From Candidatus Woesebacteria bacterium UBA5941 (GTDB lineage Bacteria > Patescibacteriota > Microgenomatia > UBA8517), in assembly GCA_002430735.1 (NCBI GenBank), contig DJCV01000017.1:17238-81237 (forward strand): 64,000 nt of DNA. The letters are read 5' to 3'. Under the pieces are notes generated by a model. That model saw only the letters and a list, made by a program, of their open reading frames with translations. It had not been told where the DNA came from and did no database searches. The translations under genes and the position numbers were made by a program. Below are positions 39,462 to 47,353 of the stretch, piece after piece (position 1 is the first letter of the stretch; each line of letters begins with the position of its first letter).

Positions 39462-39959
39462 GTGTTACACTGGTTTGTGATTGATCTAACAACAAAACAG
39501 TGGTGGGATTACCTCGACCACGATCTTCAAGAATTATTGTTGCAAGCGTTTGACCTCCTGCGCGTTTCATCGACGCTTGATAGTTATCGCGATTACTCGT
39601 TTATTGTATTCCCGGCAAGTAAGGCATATGAAGGATTTCTAAAGAAGATTTTCTTAGACATGGGCTTTATTACTCGTGAAGATTACGATGGCACTCGATT
39701 TCGTATTGGAAAAGCATTAAATCCAAGCCTTGAGCGCGAGGCTCGAAACGGTCAGTGGGTATACGAGAAACTAGAGCACTATTGCAATGGAAAAGACTTA
39801 CCAGATCTTTTATGGACGACATGGAAAGAGTGTCGAAATGCTGTTTTTCATTGGTTTCCAAAAGATGCACGAGCATTAACGCGTGATGAGGCAGGAGAAC
39901 GGTTGAATCGTGTTATTTATGCAATAGACTCTGTCTTTAGGGAGTGTAAAATAAAATGA
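39462..39959 (+). CDS. putative HEPN-motif protein (R-x4-H near C-terminus); start uncertain
   Basis: ECRNAVFHW = RNxxxH HEPN-type motif; all-alpha character; track start GTG 39357 lies inside the PBP gene on the opposite strand, GTG 39462 used here. Confidence 0.4.
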   Translation: MLHWFVIDLTTKQWWDYLDHDLQELLLQAFDLLRVSSTLDSYRDYSFIVFPASKAYEGFLKKIFLDMGFITREDYDGTRFRIGKALNPSLEREARNGQWVYEKLEHYCNGKDLPDLLWTTWKECRNAVFHWFPKDARALTRDEAGERLNRVIYAIDSVFRECKIK

Positions 39960-40612
39960 AGATGAAGAAAGTAATTGCCCTACAAGTTCGTCATGTTACC
40001 TTATTGTTTGCATATCTTCTTATCGTGTGGGGTTTTTACCGGCTGTTATTTCAAGTACCAGAACCATTTGATGAATTGCTCGTAAAGCCAGTAGTTTGGC
40101 TCGTTCCTGTGCTGATATTTTTGAAGAAGGAAAAGCTAGGACTTAATAGCATCGGAATTACAAATAAAAACCTTTTTCCCGCGATTTATTTTTCCTTGGT
40201 TCTCGGTGCGCTTTTTGCTTTCGAAGGATTTTTTATTAATTATTTTAAATATAAAGGGTCGTTGTTCTCTGCAAACATAGGGGAATATGATTTGTATTTT
40301 GCACTCCTTCTATCCGTCATAACGGGTATCTCTGAGGAATTAACATTTAGAGGGTATTTCTATACGCGTCTTGTGAATATTTTAAAGAATGAATGGAAAG
40401 CGACTCTTATTACCAGTGCAGGCTGGACAATGATTCACCTTCCGATCGCACTCTTTGATTGGAAGCTTGATCTTTCAGCCCTAAGCATTTATCTTCTTTT
40501 GATTTTCATCTTCGGTTTCGGTGCATCATTTATTTATGCTCGAACACGAAATGTCATTGCTCCAATCCTTCTCCATGTAATGTGGGCATGGCCGATCCTG
40601 CTCTTTCGTTAA
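39956..40612 (+). CDS. CPBP family intramembrane metalloprotease (CAAX protease / Abi domain)
   Basis: SEELTFRGYFY (EExxxR), WTMIHL (FxxxH-like), LLHVMWA; 6-7 TM; ATG overlaps the upstream stop (ATGA). Confidence 0.8.
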   Translation: MKMKKVIALQVRHVTLLFAYLLIVWGFYRLLFQVPEPFDELLVKPVVWLVPVLIFLKKEKLGLNSIGITNKNLFPAIYFSLVLGALFAFEGFFINYFKYKGSLFSANIGEYDLYFALLLSVITGISEELTFRGYFYTRLVNILKNEWKATLITSAGWTMIHLPIALFDWKLDLSALSIYLLLIFIFGFGASFIYARTRNVIAPILLHVMWAWPILLFR

Positions 40613-40672
40613 TCGTTTGGATATTTGACTCAATTCCTACAGAAGCCTATCCTATACTGGCCCAACACAATT

Positions 40673-41284
40673 ATGGTCGGCCGCCTTCTTACTCGAATAG
40701 CGACAGTATCATTAGCACTTTTTATTTTAGTTGTTTCACTTATCGAAACTTCTTCAATTAAGTATGCTTTCGGTGCTCGAGAAACTGCAAACCCTCATCC
40801 CACACCTCAAGTTGACGTAACCTATGCCTTGCCACATCCCGGGAGTGTCATGCCTGGGAATCCATTGTGGGTTGCAAAAGTTATGCGAGATAAGGTTTCA
40901 CTTAAACTCACCCTTGATCATGAAAGACGTGCTGGTTATGAATTGCACTTAGCGGACAAACGACTAGCCATGGGCTGGGAACTCTGGCTAAAAGCCGATA
41001 CGAATGAGGCAATTGCGACATTTGAAAAAGCAGAGGGGTACTTAAATAATGCATATTTAACGTTATTTGAATCAAATGATTTCTCCGACAGTCATGATTT
41101 TCTAAGACAACTTGCATATGCATCGCTTAAGCATCGGCAAGTATTAGAGAGCGTCTTAGCTGAGAGTAGTGATGAAGCGCGGCCAATGATCACAAAGCTA
41201 CTGGATACTTCAAAAACAATATACAAAGAAGCCTCTGCAAAAATGGAACAACTCCATCTAAATCCACCCGCAAATCCATTTTAA
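40673..41284 (+). CDS. DUF5667-like membrane-anchored protein
   Basis: N-terminal TM then MPGNPLWVAKVMRDKVSLKLTLDHERRAGYELHLADKRLAMG pattern; track start 40625 is TTG. Confidence 0.5.
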   Translation: MVGRLLTRIATVSLALFILVVSLIETSSIKYAFGARETANPHPTPQVDVTYALPHPGSVMPGNPLWVAKVMRDKVSLKLTLDHERRAGYELHLADKRLAMGWELWLKADTNEAIATFEKAEGYLNNAYLTLFESNDFSDSHDFLRQLAYASLKHRQVLESVLAESSDEARPMITKLLDTSKTIYKEASAKMEQLHLNPPANPF

Positions 41285-41336
41285 GACCTACTTCAGAACT
41301 TCACTCCCAGTCATTATCTGAACAATAAATGCTATA

Positions 41337-41365
41337 TTGACAATCTATATGTAGTGGCGCATTAT
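41337..41365 (+). promoter_or_regulatory. sigma70-like promoter TTGACA-17nt-CATTAT upstream of nrdR
   Basis: Perfect -35 at 41337-41342; the CTATAT direct repeat and an AT-rich near-palindrome (a weak NrdR-box candidate) sit in the spacer. Confidence 0.4.
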
Positions 41366-41404
41366 GAAATTCGCTACTGCTGGTAGCGGAAAATAGTTTC
41401 ACAC

Positions 41405-41854
41405 ATGAAATGTCCGTTTTGCGGGAAGGTAGAAAGCGAGGTCTTAGAAAGTCGGGTTGTTGAAGAAGGAAACGGCATCCGCAGACGAAGATCTTGTTTG
41501 AAATGCAAAAAACGATTCTCAACACTTGAGCGGGTTAAGGAATCGACGATTTGGGTAGTAAAGAGTGACGGCAGACGCGAGCAATTTAGTCGAGAGAAAA
41601 TTAGAAAAGGTATTTTGAGAGCAGTTGAGAAACGATCCGTGCCATTGAGTTTAGTTGATGATATTGTAGGACGTGTTGAGAAAGATATTGCGAGAAAACA
41701 ATTACAGGAAGTTTCATCACACACGATTGGAAGGACTGTATTGAAGTATTTACAGAAAACAGATAAAGTGGCCTGGTTGCGATTCGCAAGTGTGTATTTT
41801 CAGTTTGAAGATTTGGCTGACTTTGAAAAACTTATAGAAAAGATGAATCCATGA
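41405..41854 (+). CDS. nrdR: transcriptional repressor NrdR
   Basis: MKCPFCG...RRRRSCLKCKKRFSTLE zinc ribbon plus ATP-cone. Confidence 0.95.
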   Translation: MKCPFCGKVESEVLESRVVEEGNGIRRRRSCLKCKKRFSTLERVKESTIWVVKSDGRREQFSREKIRKGILRAVEKRSVPLSLVDDIVGRVEKDIARKQLQEVSSHTIGRTVLKYLQKTDKVAWLRFASVYFQFEDLADFEKLIEKMNP

Positions 41855-44412
41855 AAGTACCAAAGAAAACATCACAAAAGTACGGAAAAGACAAAAGTAA
41901 AAGCGGTGAATTTAAAGACCTTCGAAAAAGCGCACTCTTTCATATCTCAGAGAGTGAGATCCCCACAAAAACCCAACTAGATGGACTTCGAGAAACTGTA
42001 TTTATGGATCGCTATTCATTGAAAGACAGCGACGGAGCATCCCTTGAAAAGTATCCAGAACAAATGTGGCTTCGTGTCGCAAAGGGCATTGCTCAGTTTG
42101 AAGAGGAATCAAAGCGAAAAGAGTGGGAGCAGAAGTTCTACGGAATTATGAGTGACTTCAAGTTTGTTCCGGGAGGCAGAATTTTATCTGGAGCTGGAAC
42201 TGGATATGAAGTCACATTCTTCAACTGTTATGTTATCCCATCTCCATCCGATAGCCGTGGGGGAATCATGGAAAACATTACACAGACTGTCGAAATTCAA
42301 TCCCGTGCGGGAGGAGTTGGTGTTAATTTAAGTTCCCTCAGACCTCGTGGTGCACGTGTTCGAAAGGTAAATGGTACTTCAAGTGGACCGGTCAACTGGG
42401 CGTCCCTGTATTCAACTGCAAATCATGATGTGATCCAACAAGGCGGAAGCCGTCGTGGAGCGCTCATGCTTATGTTGAACGATTGGCATCCGGATGTGAA
42501 AGAATTTATTAAGGTAAAGGAAGACTTAACTAAAATTCCTGGTGCCAATTTGTCAGTCTGTGTATCTGATGAATTTATGGATGCCGTTAAAAACGATAGC
42601 GATTGGGATTTAGTATTTCCAGATTTTGCAAACGATGATCGATATGATGAGCTTTGGAATGGAGATATTGATAAATGGAAAGAAAACGGTGGAAAAGTCG
42701 TTGTGTATGAAACCGTTAAAGCTCGAAAGCTTTGGGACATGATTGCTGAAGCGGCATGGAAGAGTGCAGAGCCTGGACTTCACTTTATTGGTCGTAGTAA
42801 CAAACGGAGTAACACTTGGTATTTTGAAAAATTAATTGCAACAAACCCCTGCGGAGAACAACCACTCGGAGCATGGGCAGTGTGTAATTTGGGCGCAATG
42901 AACCTTGTGGCATATGTCGATGGAAACGGTGAGTTTAACTTCGACCAATTAGCATCTGATGTGCAAATTGCGATGCGCTTTATGGATAACGTCTGTGATG
43001 CAAACTTCTATTTCTATCCAGAAACATATGAAATGCAAATGGACATCCGTCGAACCGGGCTTGGGACAATGGGCTTAGGTGACGCGTTGATTAAAATGAA
43101 GATTGCATATGGATCTGATAAGTCAGTCGAGGTAATTGAAAAAATTTATAAGACCATTCGAGATAATGCATATTTAGCAAGCAGTGAGATTGCTGGGGAA
43201 AAGGGAAGCTTTAGAAAATTTGAAAGCGATAAATACTTAAACGGATATTTTATTAAAAAACTCCCTAAGTATATCCGTGAAAACATTGCTAAAAAAGGAA
43301 TCCGAAATGCGGTACTTTTGACGCAAGCTCCAACTGGTACAACATCACTCTTGTCTGGGGTAAGTTCAGGAATTGAGCCTGTGTATAACTTTGAATTTAA
43401 GCGAAAAGATAGAACTGGAGAACATATGGTGTATCATCCGCTTTTTGAAGAATGGAAGAAAGCACATCCAGATAGTGAGAAACCTGATTATTTTGTTTGT
43501 GCTATGGACTTGTCGCCTGAAGAGCATCTGAAAGTACAAGCAAAAATCCAAGAATATACTGATTCTTCAATTTCAAAAACGGTAAACGCACCAAACGAAT
43601 ACACCGTTGAGGATGTAAAACGGTTATATACAAAAGCATATGAAATGGGATGCAAAGGTATTACGTTCTTTAGAGATGGGTCTCGTGCAGGAGTGCTCGA
43701 GAATGTGAAGGAAGAGAAAAAAGAAGAGAAAGCAAAAGAAGAAAAAGCTGCAGTTGCACAAGGGGACTATTTAATTGAACGACCATTTATGGTGAAAGGC
43801 GCAACATACAAGATGCAGACTCCGTCTGGAAAAGCATTCATAACAATTAATGAAGACGGTGAAGGAGAACCTCTTGAGGTGTTCATAAACGTCGGAAATG
43901 CTGGGAGTGATATCGCCGCATTTGCGGAAGCATTAGGTCGCATGATCTCTGCAACGCTTCGAATGCGAGGTTCAATTTCTGCAAAGAAACGAGCGCTTGA
44001 AATTAGCGAACAATTGTCGGGTATTGGCGGAAGACGGTCTGTGGGCTTTGGTGCGAATAGAATAATGTCTCTTCCAGATGCAATTGGAATTGCACTAGCC
44101 ACTCATTATGGATTTAGACAAAATTTAAATCTCCCCACATCAAACGGGGTACATATGACGAATGGTAATGGTCATTCAAATGGATTAACGAATGGTCACA
44201 CGACAAACGACGAAGTTAAGCAAACATTATTCGCTGCAGGCACAGCTGAGTCGACGAGTGTTACTTCAAGCGGGATGATGCTGCAGGTACAAGCTGAACT
44301 GCCCCTTACAGGGAAACAAAAAACAGATTTGTGTCCAGAATGTGGCAGCCATTCACTTGTCATGGAGGAGGGCTGTGCAAAATGCTACACCTGCGGACAC
44401 AGCGAGTGTTAA
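41851..44412 (+). CDS. nrdJ: class II (adenosylcobalamin-dependent) ribonucleotide reductase
   Basis: NPCGEQPL active-site motif, 853 aa, C-terminal CPECG...CAKCYTCGHSEC zinc ribbon; start overlaps the nrdR stop (ATGA). Confidence 0.9.
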   Translation: MKVPKKTSQKYGKDKSKSGEFKDLRKSALFHISESEIPTKTQLDGLRETVFMDRYSLKDSDGASLEKYPEQMWLRVAKGIAQFEEESKRKEWEQKFYGIMSDFKFVPGGRILSGAGTGYEVTFFNCYVIPSPSDSRGGIMENITQTVEIQSRAGGVGVNLSSLRPRGARVRKVNGTSSGPVNWASLYSTANHDVIQQGGSRRGALMLMLNDWHPDVKEFIKVKEDLTKIPGANLSVCVSDEFMDAVKNDSDWDLVFPDFANDDRYDELWNGDIDKWKENGGKVVVYETVKARKLWDMIAEAAWKSAEPGLHFIGRSNKRSNTWYFEKLIATNPCGEQPLGAWAVCNLGAMNLVAYVDGNGEFNFDQLASDVQIAMRFMDNVCDANFYFYPETYEMQMDIRRTGLGTMGLGDALIKMKIAYGSDKSVEVIEKIYKTIRDNAYLASSEIAGEKGSFRKFESDKYLNGYFIKKLPKYIRENIAKKGIRNAVLLTQAPTGTTSLLSGVSSGIEPVYNFEFKRKDRTGEHMVYHPLFEEWKKAHPDSEKPDYFVCAMDLSPEEHLKVQAKIQEYTDSSISKTVNAPNEYTVEDVKRLYTKAYEMGCKGITFFRDGSRAGVLENVKEEKKEEKAKEEKAAVAQGDYLIERPFMVKGATYKMQTPSGKAFITINEDGEGEPLEVFINVGNAGSDIAAFAEALGRMISATLRMRGSISAKKRALEISEQLSGIGGRRSVGFGANRIMSLPDAIGIALATHYGFRQNLNLPTSNGVHMTNGNGHSNGLTNGHTTNDEVKQTLFAAGTAESTSVTSSGMMLQVQAELPLTGKQKTDLCPECGSHSLVMEEGCAKCYTCGHSEC

Positions 44413-44415
44413 TTC

Positions 44416-44961
44416 ATGGCCGTTTATACCAGGAAAGGTGATACCGGAACTACTTCAATGTATGAGGCAGACCCAAAAAAGCGCTGTCGTGTGTCAAAGT
44501 CAGATCTTCGAGTACAAGCAATTGGTGCCGTTGATGAAGTGAATAGTTACCTTGGCATTTGTAATTTTTATGTACAGTCTTCAAACACAAAAAAGTTTGT
44601 AACAGACATTCAACGAAATTTGTTTACTATTGGATCAATTCTTTCAAAAGCTCCATTAGAAATAAAGAAAGCTGAAACAAAAAAACTTGAAGGAGAAATT
44701 GATCGTATTGAAGAATCACTTCCACCACTCAGAAACTTTTTACTTCCAGAAGGGAGTATCTCTGCTGTACATTTTATGTATGCGCGTGCACTCGCCCGGC
44801 GCGCTGAGCGAAGAGTGGTAGCTCTGCACAATAAAGAAGCGGTGGATAGTGGGGTCCTTGAATATATAAATAGACTCTCTGATTATTTGTTTTGTATATT
44901 TCGTGAGGAGAACGCGTTAAGTGGGGAAAAGGAAGAGCTCTGGATTGGGAGAAAGTCTTAA
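44416..44961 (+). CDS. pduO: ATP:cob(I)alamin adenosyltransferase, PduO type
   Basis: MAVYTRKGDTGTTSM N-terminal signature; 181 aa. Confidence 0.85.
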   Translation: MAVYTRKGDTGTTSMYEADPKKRCRVSKSDLRVQAIGAVDEVNSYLGICNFYVQSSNTKKFVTDIQRNLFTIGSILSKAPLEIKKAETKKLEGEIDRIEESLPPLRNFLLPEGSISAVHFMYARALARRAERRVVALHNKEAVDSGVLEYINRLSDYLFCIFREENALSGEKEELWIGRKS

Positions 44962-46256
44962 AACAGAAACGCCGCAAACAGTTGTGCTGCGATATTTAAA
45001 ATCACATTTGGCTCAGTTATCTCAAGCGTTTCAGTAGGTTTTTTAGCTCGTTTTCTTTCAGCAATCTTTTTGATATCTTCAAGTGATTTACCTGATTGAA
45101 ATGCGCGATCACACGTTTTACAAATCATACAAAGTCCAAGAGCTTGCTCAGATCCCGCTTTCTCACTAATGCATGCCTTTAGCGATTCCATTGCGCAAAT
45201 TCCAGTATTAGGAAATTCTTCCTCTCCTTCAATAAGACGAGCACCGAATGGTGTTTCAACATACGTTCCGCCACCTCCATTACATCCACCATCTTCTTGA
45301 AATGCTTCGTATGCAGCAGTGTACTCAGCTGCGGTTTGTGGAGTCCTGCCGATAACTGAAAGTGATTTCATATCAAGTACTGTTCGGCCCATCTCGTACA
45401 GTAGGGTTGCCATTGAAGCATCGCTGTTGTCACGAATATTTTGTCGAGTGAATTCTGAAAACTGTTGGATGCGATTTTTAATATGAGCTTCTATTTCCGG
45501 ATAGCGGTTAAGACACATGCGCATATGTGCCATCGACTCACCAGTCACACTTTCAATCGCATCTACGACATCGTGTGAGGTGACACTTGTTTCGATGAGG
45601 GCACTGGTAAGTGCAGTGATTCTCTCTATTTCGCCTCTATTTCTATTCAGCGTGTTCCCATTTAAAACTTCGTGTAAGTCCTCGCTTCCATCAAGGGACA
45701 TTTTTGAAACAAAGGTCATACTTTCAATAGCACCACCGCGATTGCGATAGAAATATACTTGTGCCTCGGGGTAGCTTATTCCGTTATATCCTGACCATCC
45801 TGGTGGACTAATTAACACAAAACTATCATTGTGCTTTGAACATAAGAGTTTCTCTTCAAGTTCTTGAATGGATTTATATATCGTTCCATTTCGCTCTTCA
45901 GGAGAAACCGTATTGATAAGTGGTTGGTTTCCATACTTTGGGCAAACAACACGACCGTTTTCCATGGTAATTGGGAATGGAAGAACCGGAAGTCTTCGGT
46001 AGTATTCATCGTGCAGTCCACGCAGGTCTTGTTCGTTTTTCTCAACAACACTTTCAATCCATTCAGACGGTGTTTCATAGTCACCGTATGAAGAACGGAT
46101 CATTTCTATCTGACCGTGGATATCAAAACCGGTTCCTTTTAATTGCACGACATGAGCATCAATACGAGGAGAGGGAGTGGTTTCTGTACGTTCAATAAGC
46201 ATAGTCCTGCACGGGAAATCTTGATTGTTAGTTTTCCGACTATACGGTTGCGGCAC
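44958..46256 (-). CDS. hypothetical 432-aa protein, no recognisable family; Cys-rich C-terminal segment and hydrophobic tail
   Basis: GTG start; GGCNGGGG...GICAMESLKACISEKAG...CMICKTCDRAF; ends VILNIAAQLFAAFLF. Confidence 0.5.
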   Translation of the reverse strand: MPQPYSRKTNNQDFPCRTMLIERTETTPSPRIDAHVVQLKGTGFDIHGQIEMIRSSYGDYETPSEWIESVVEKNEQDLRGLHDEYYRRLPVLPFPITMENGRVVCPKYGNQPLINTVSPEERNGTIYKSIQELEEKLLCSKHNDSFVLISPPGWSGYNGISYPEAQVYFYRNRGGAIESMTFVSKMSLDGSEDLHEVLNGNTLNRNRGEIERITALTSALIETSVTSHDVVDAIESVTGESMAHMRMCLNRYPEIEAHIKNRIQQFSEFTRQNIRDNSDASMATLLYEMGRTVLDMKSLSVIGRTPQTAAEYTAAYEAFQEDGGCNGGGGTYVETPFGARLIEGEEEFPNTGICAMESLKACISEKAGSEQALGLCMICKTCDRAFQSGKSLEDIKKIAERKRAKKPTETLEITEPNVILNIAAQLFAAFLF

Positions 46257-46311
46257 AGCTCAGGAGTTACACCTGATTCCTTAAACACAATCTCTAAAAC
46301 AATGTACAAGA

Positions 46312-46337
46312 AAAGGCGCCGTTTGAATAGCGCCTTT
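46312..46337 (-). terminator. rho-independent terminator (AAAGGCGC-10nt loop-GCGCCTTT), palindromic so possibly bidirectional
   Basis: 8-bp stem flanked by an A-run and a T-run, 9 nt beyond the end of gene 46346..46906. Confidence 0.55.
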
Positions 46338-46345
46338 TATTACAG

Positions 46346-46906
46346 TTACTCCTGTCGCAAATGTACTGCGAAATCGCTTCCGCTGACTAATGCCGATGCT
46401 GGCCGTTTATGGCCGCTATATGACATCATTATTTTTTGATAGCCAGCGATCATCTTGTATTCGAACGGGTTGTCAGTTTTATCCTCGTCCTGTTGATACA
46501 TCGAGAACTGAACTTCAGCCCACACAATTGCCAGTTTTGGCGCTTGTAGACCCAAAAACAGCGGATGTTCTTCGATAAACTGGGAATGGTCGTATTTTCG
46601 TAGTCGCAATTCAACGCTGAATAGCAGCGCACTTGCGATAAAGATCTTCCCTTTGTCATCGACGAGTACTGATCCACAGTGTTCACTGGGATTGCTCACG
46701 ATTAGTGGAGCAATATCGTGGTCGTTAAGCATCATTCGCCCACAAAACAGAGTTCCCTCAATGAATCCGTTTGCGAGAAATTCAGCGCTCCACAAAGGTT
46801 GTTGGAAATACGAGTCTACATGAGTGATTTCAAACCCGCCGGGGAACGTCGTCCGCGGCACGTTGAACTGATATGGCTTTCCCAATAGAATCGATGGTAC
46901 AGGCAT
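46346..46906 (-). CDS. hypothetical protein
   Basis: ATG at 46904-46906 preceded by a GGAGGTG RBS (reverse strand); track start GTG 46972. Confidence 0.5.
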   Translation of the reverse strand: MPVPSILLGKPYQFNVPRTTFPGGFEITHVDSYFQQPLWSAEFLANGFIEGTLFCGRMMLNDHDIAPLIVSNPSEHCGSVLVDDKGKIFIASALLFSVELRLRKYDHSQFIEEHPLFLGLQAPKLAIVWAEVQFSMYQQDEDKTDNPFEYKMIAGYQKIMMSYSGHKRPASALVSGSDFAVHLRQE

Positions 46907-46987
46907 TACACACCTCCTAAATTGTAAGCGATACCCTATATTATCACTTCCATTGCTGTATGTCACGGTCACATATACAATGAAACC

Positions 46988-47347
46988 ATGAGTACCCCCG
47001 AAATTATTTCAGAACAGCCAGTGCAACCAGAAATGACCCCACGGGTTGAACAACCGATTGTTCCAGAGACGGCACAGCAGTTGGGAGTTACAGCACCACC
47101 ACAAGCACCTAAGCCAATTGCAGCACCTGATAACCCAGTTGTGGTGCAGCCTGTTTCAATTACACCGCTCCCGGATGAAACCCCATCGCTTACTGTTCCA
47201 ACCAATATTGCATTAAGTGAAAAAGAGCTTGAGAAAGGGGCGACTGGACCATCGAATTTGGCTGTCACCTGGCTTGATATGTATTGGCTGAGAGAAGTAG
47301 GCCGCGCGTTTAGCAAGGGTTGGAAAGTCATTTTTGGAGCAAAATAA
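46988..47347 (+). CDS. Pro-rich hypothetical protein with amphipathic C-terminus
   Basis: ATG start; ends 7 nt before the ATPase gene. Confidence 0.45.
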   Translation: MSTPEIISEQPVQPEMTPRVEQPIVPETAQQLGVTAPPQAPKPIAAPDNPVVVQPVSITPLPDETPSLTVPTNIALSEKELEKGATGPSNLAVTWLDMYWLREVGRAFSKGWKVIFGAK

Positions 47348-47353
47348 AACAGA

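Noticed and set aside
41285-41404. Cobalamin riboswitch upstream of the nrdR-nrdJ operon
   Set aside because: The leader is only about 120 nt and lacks the B12-box (rAGYCMGgAgaCCkGCcd-like). There is not enough room for the aptamer.
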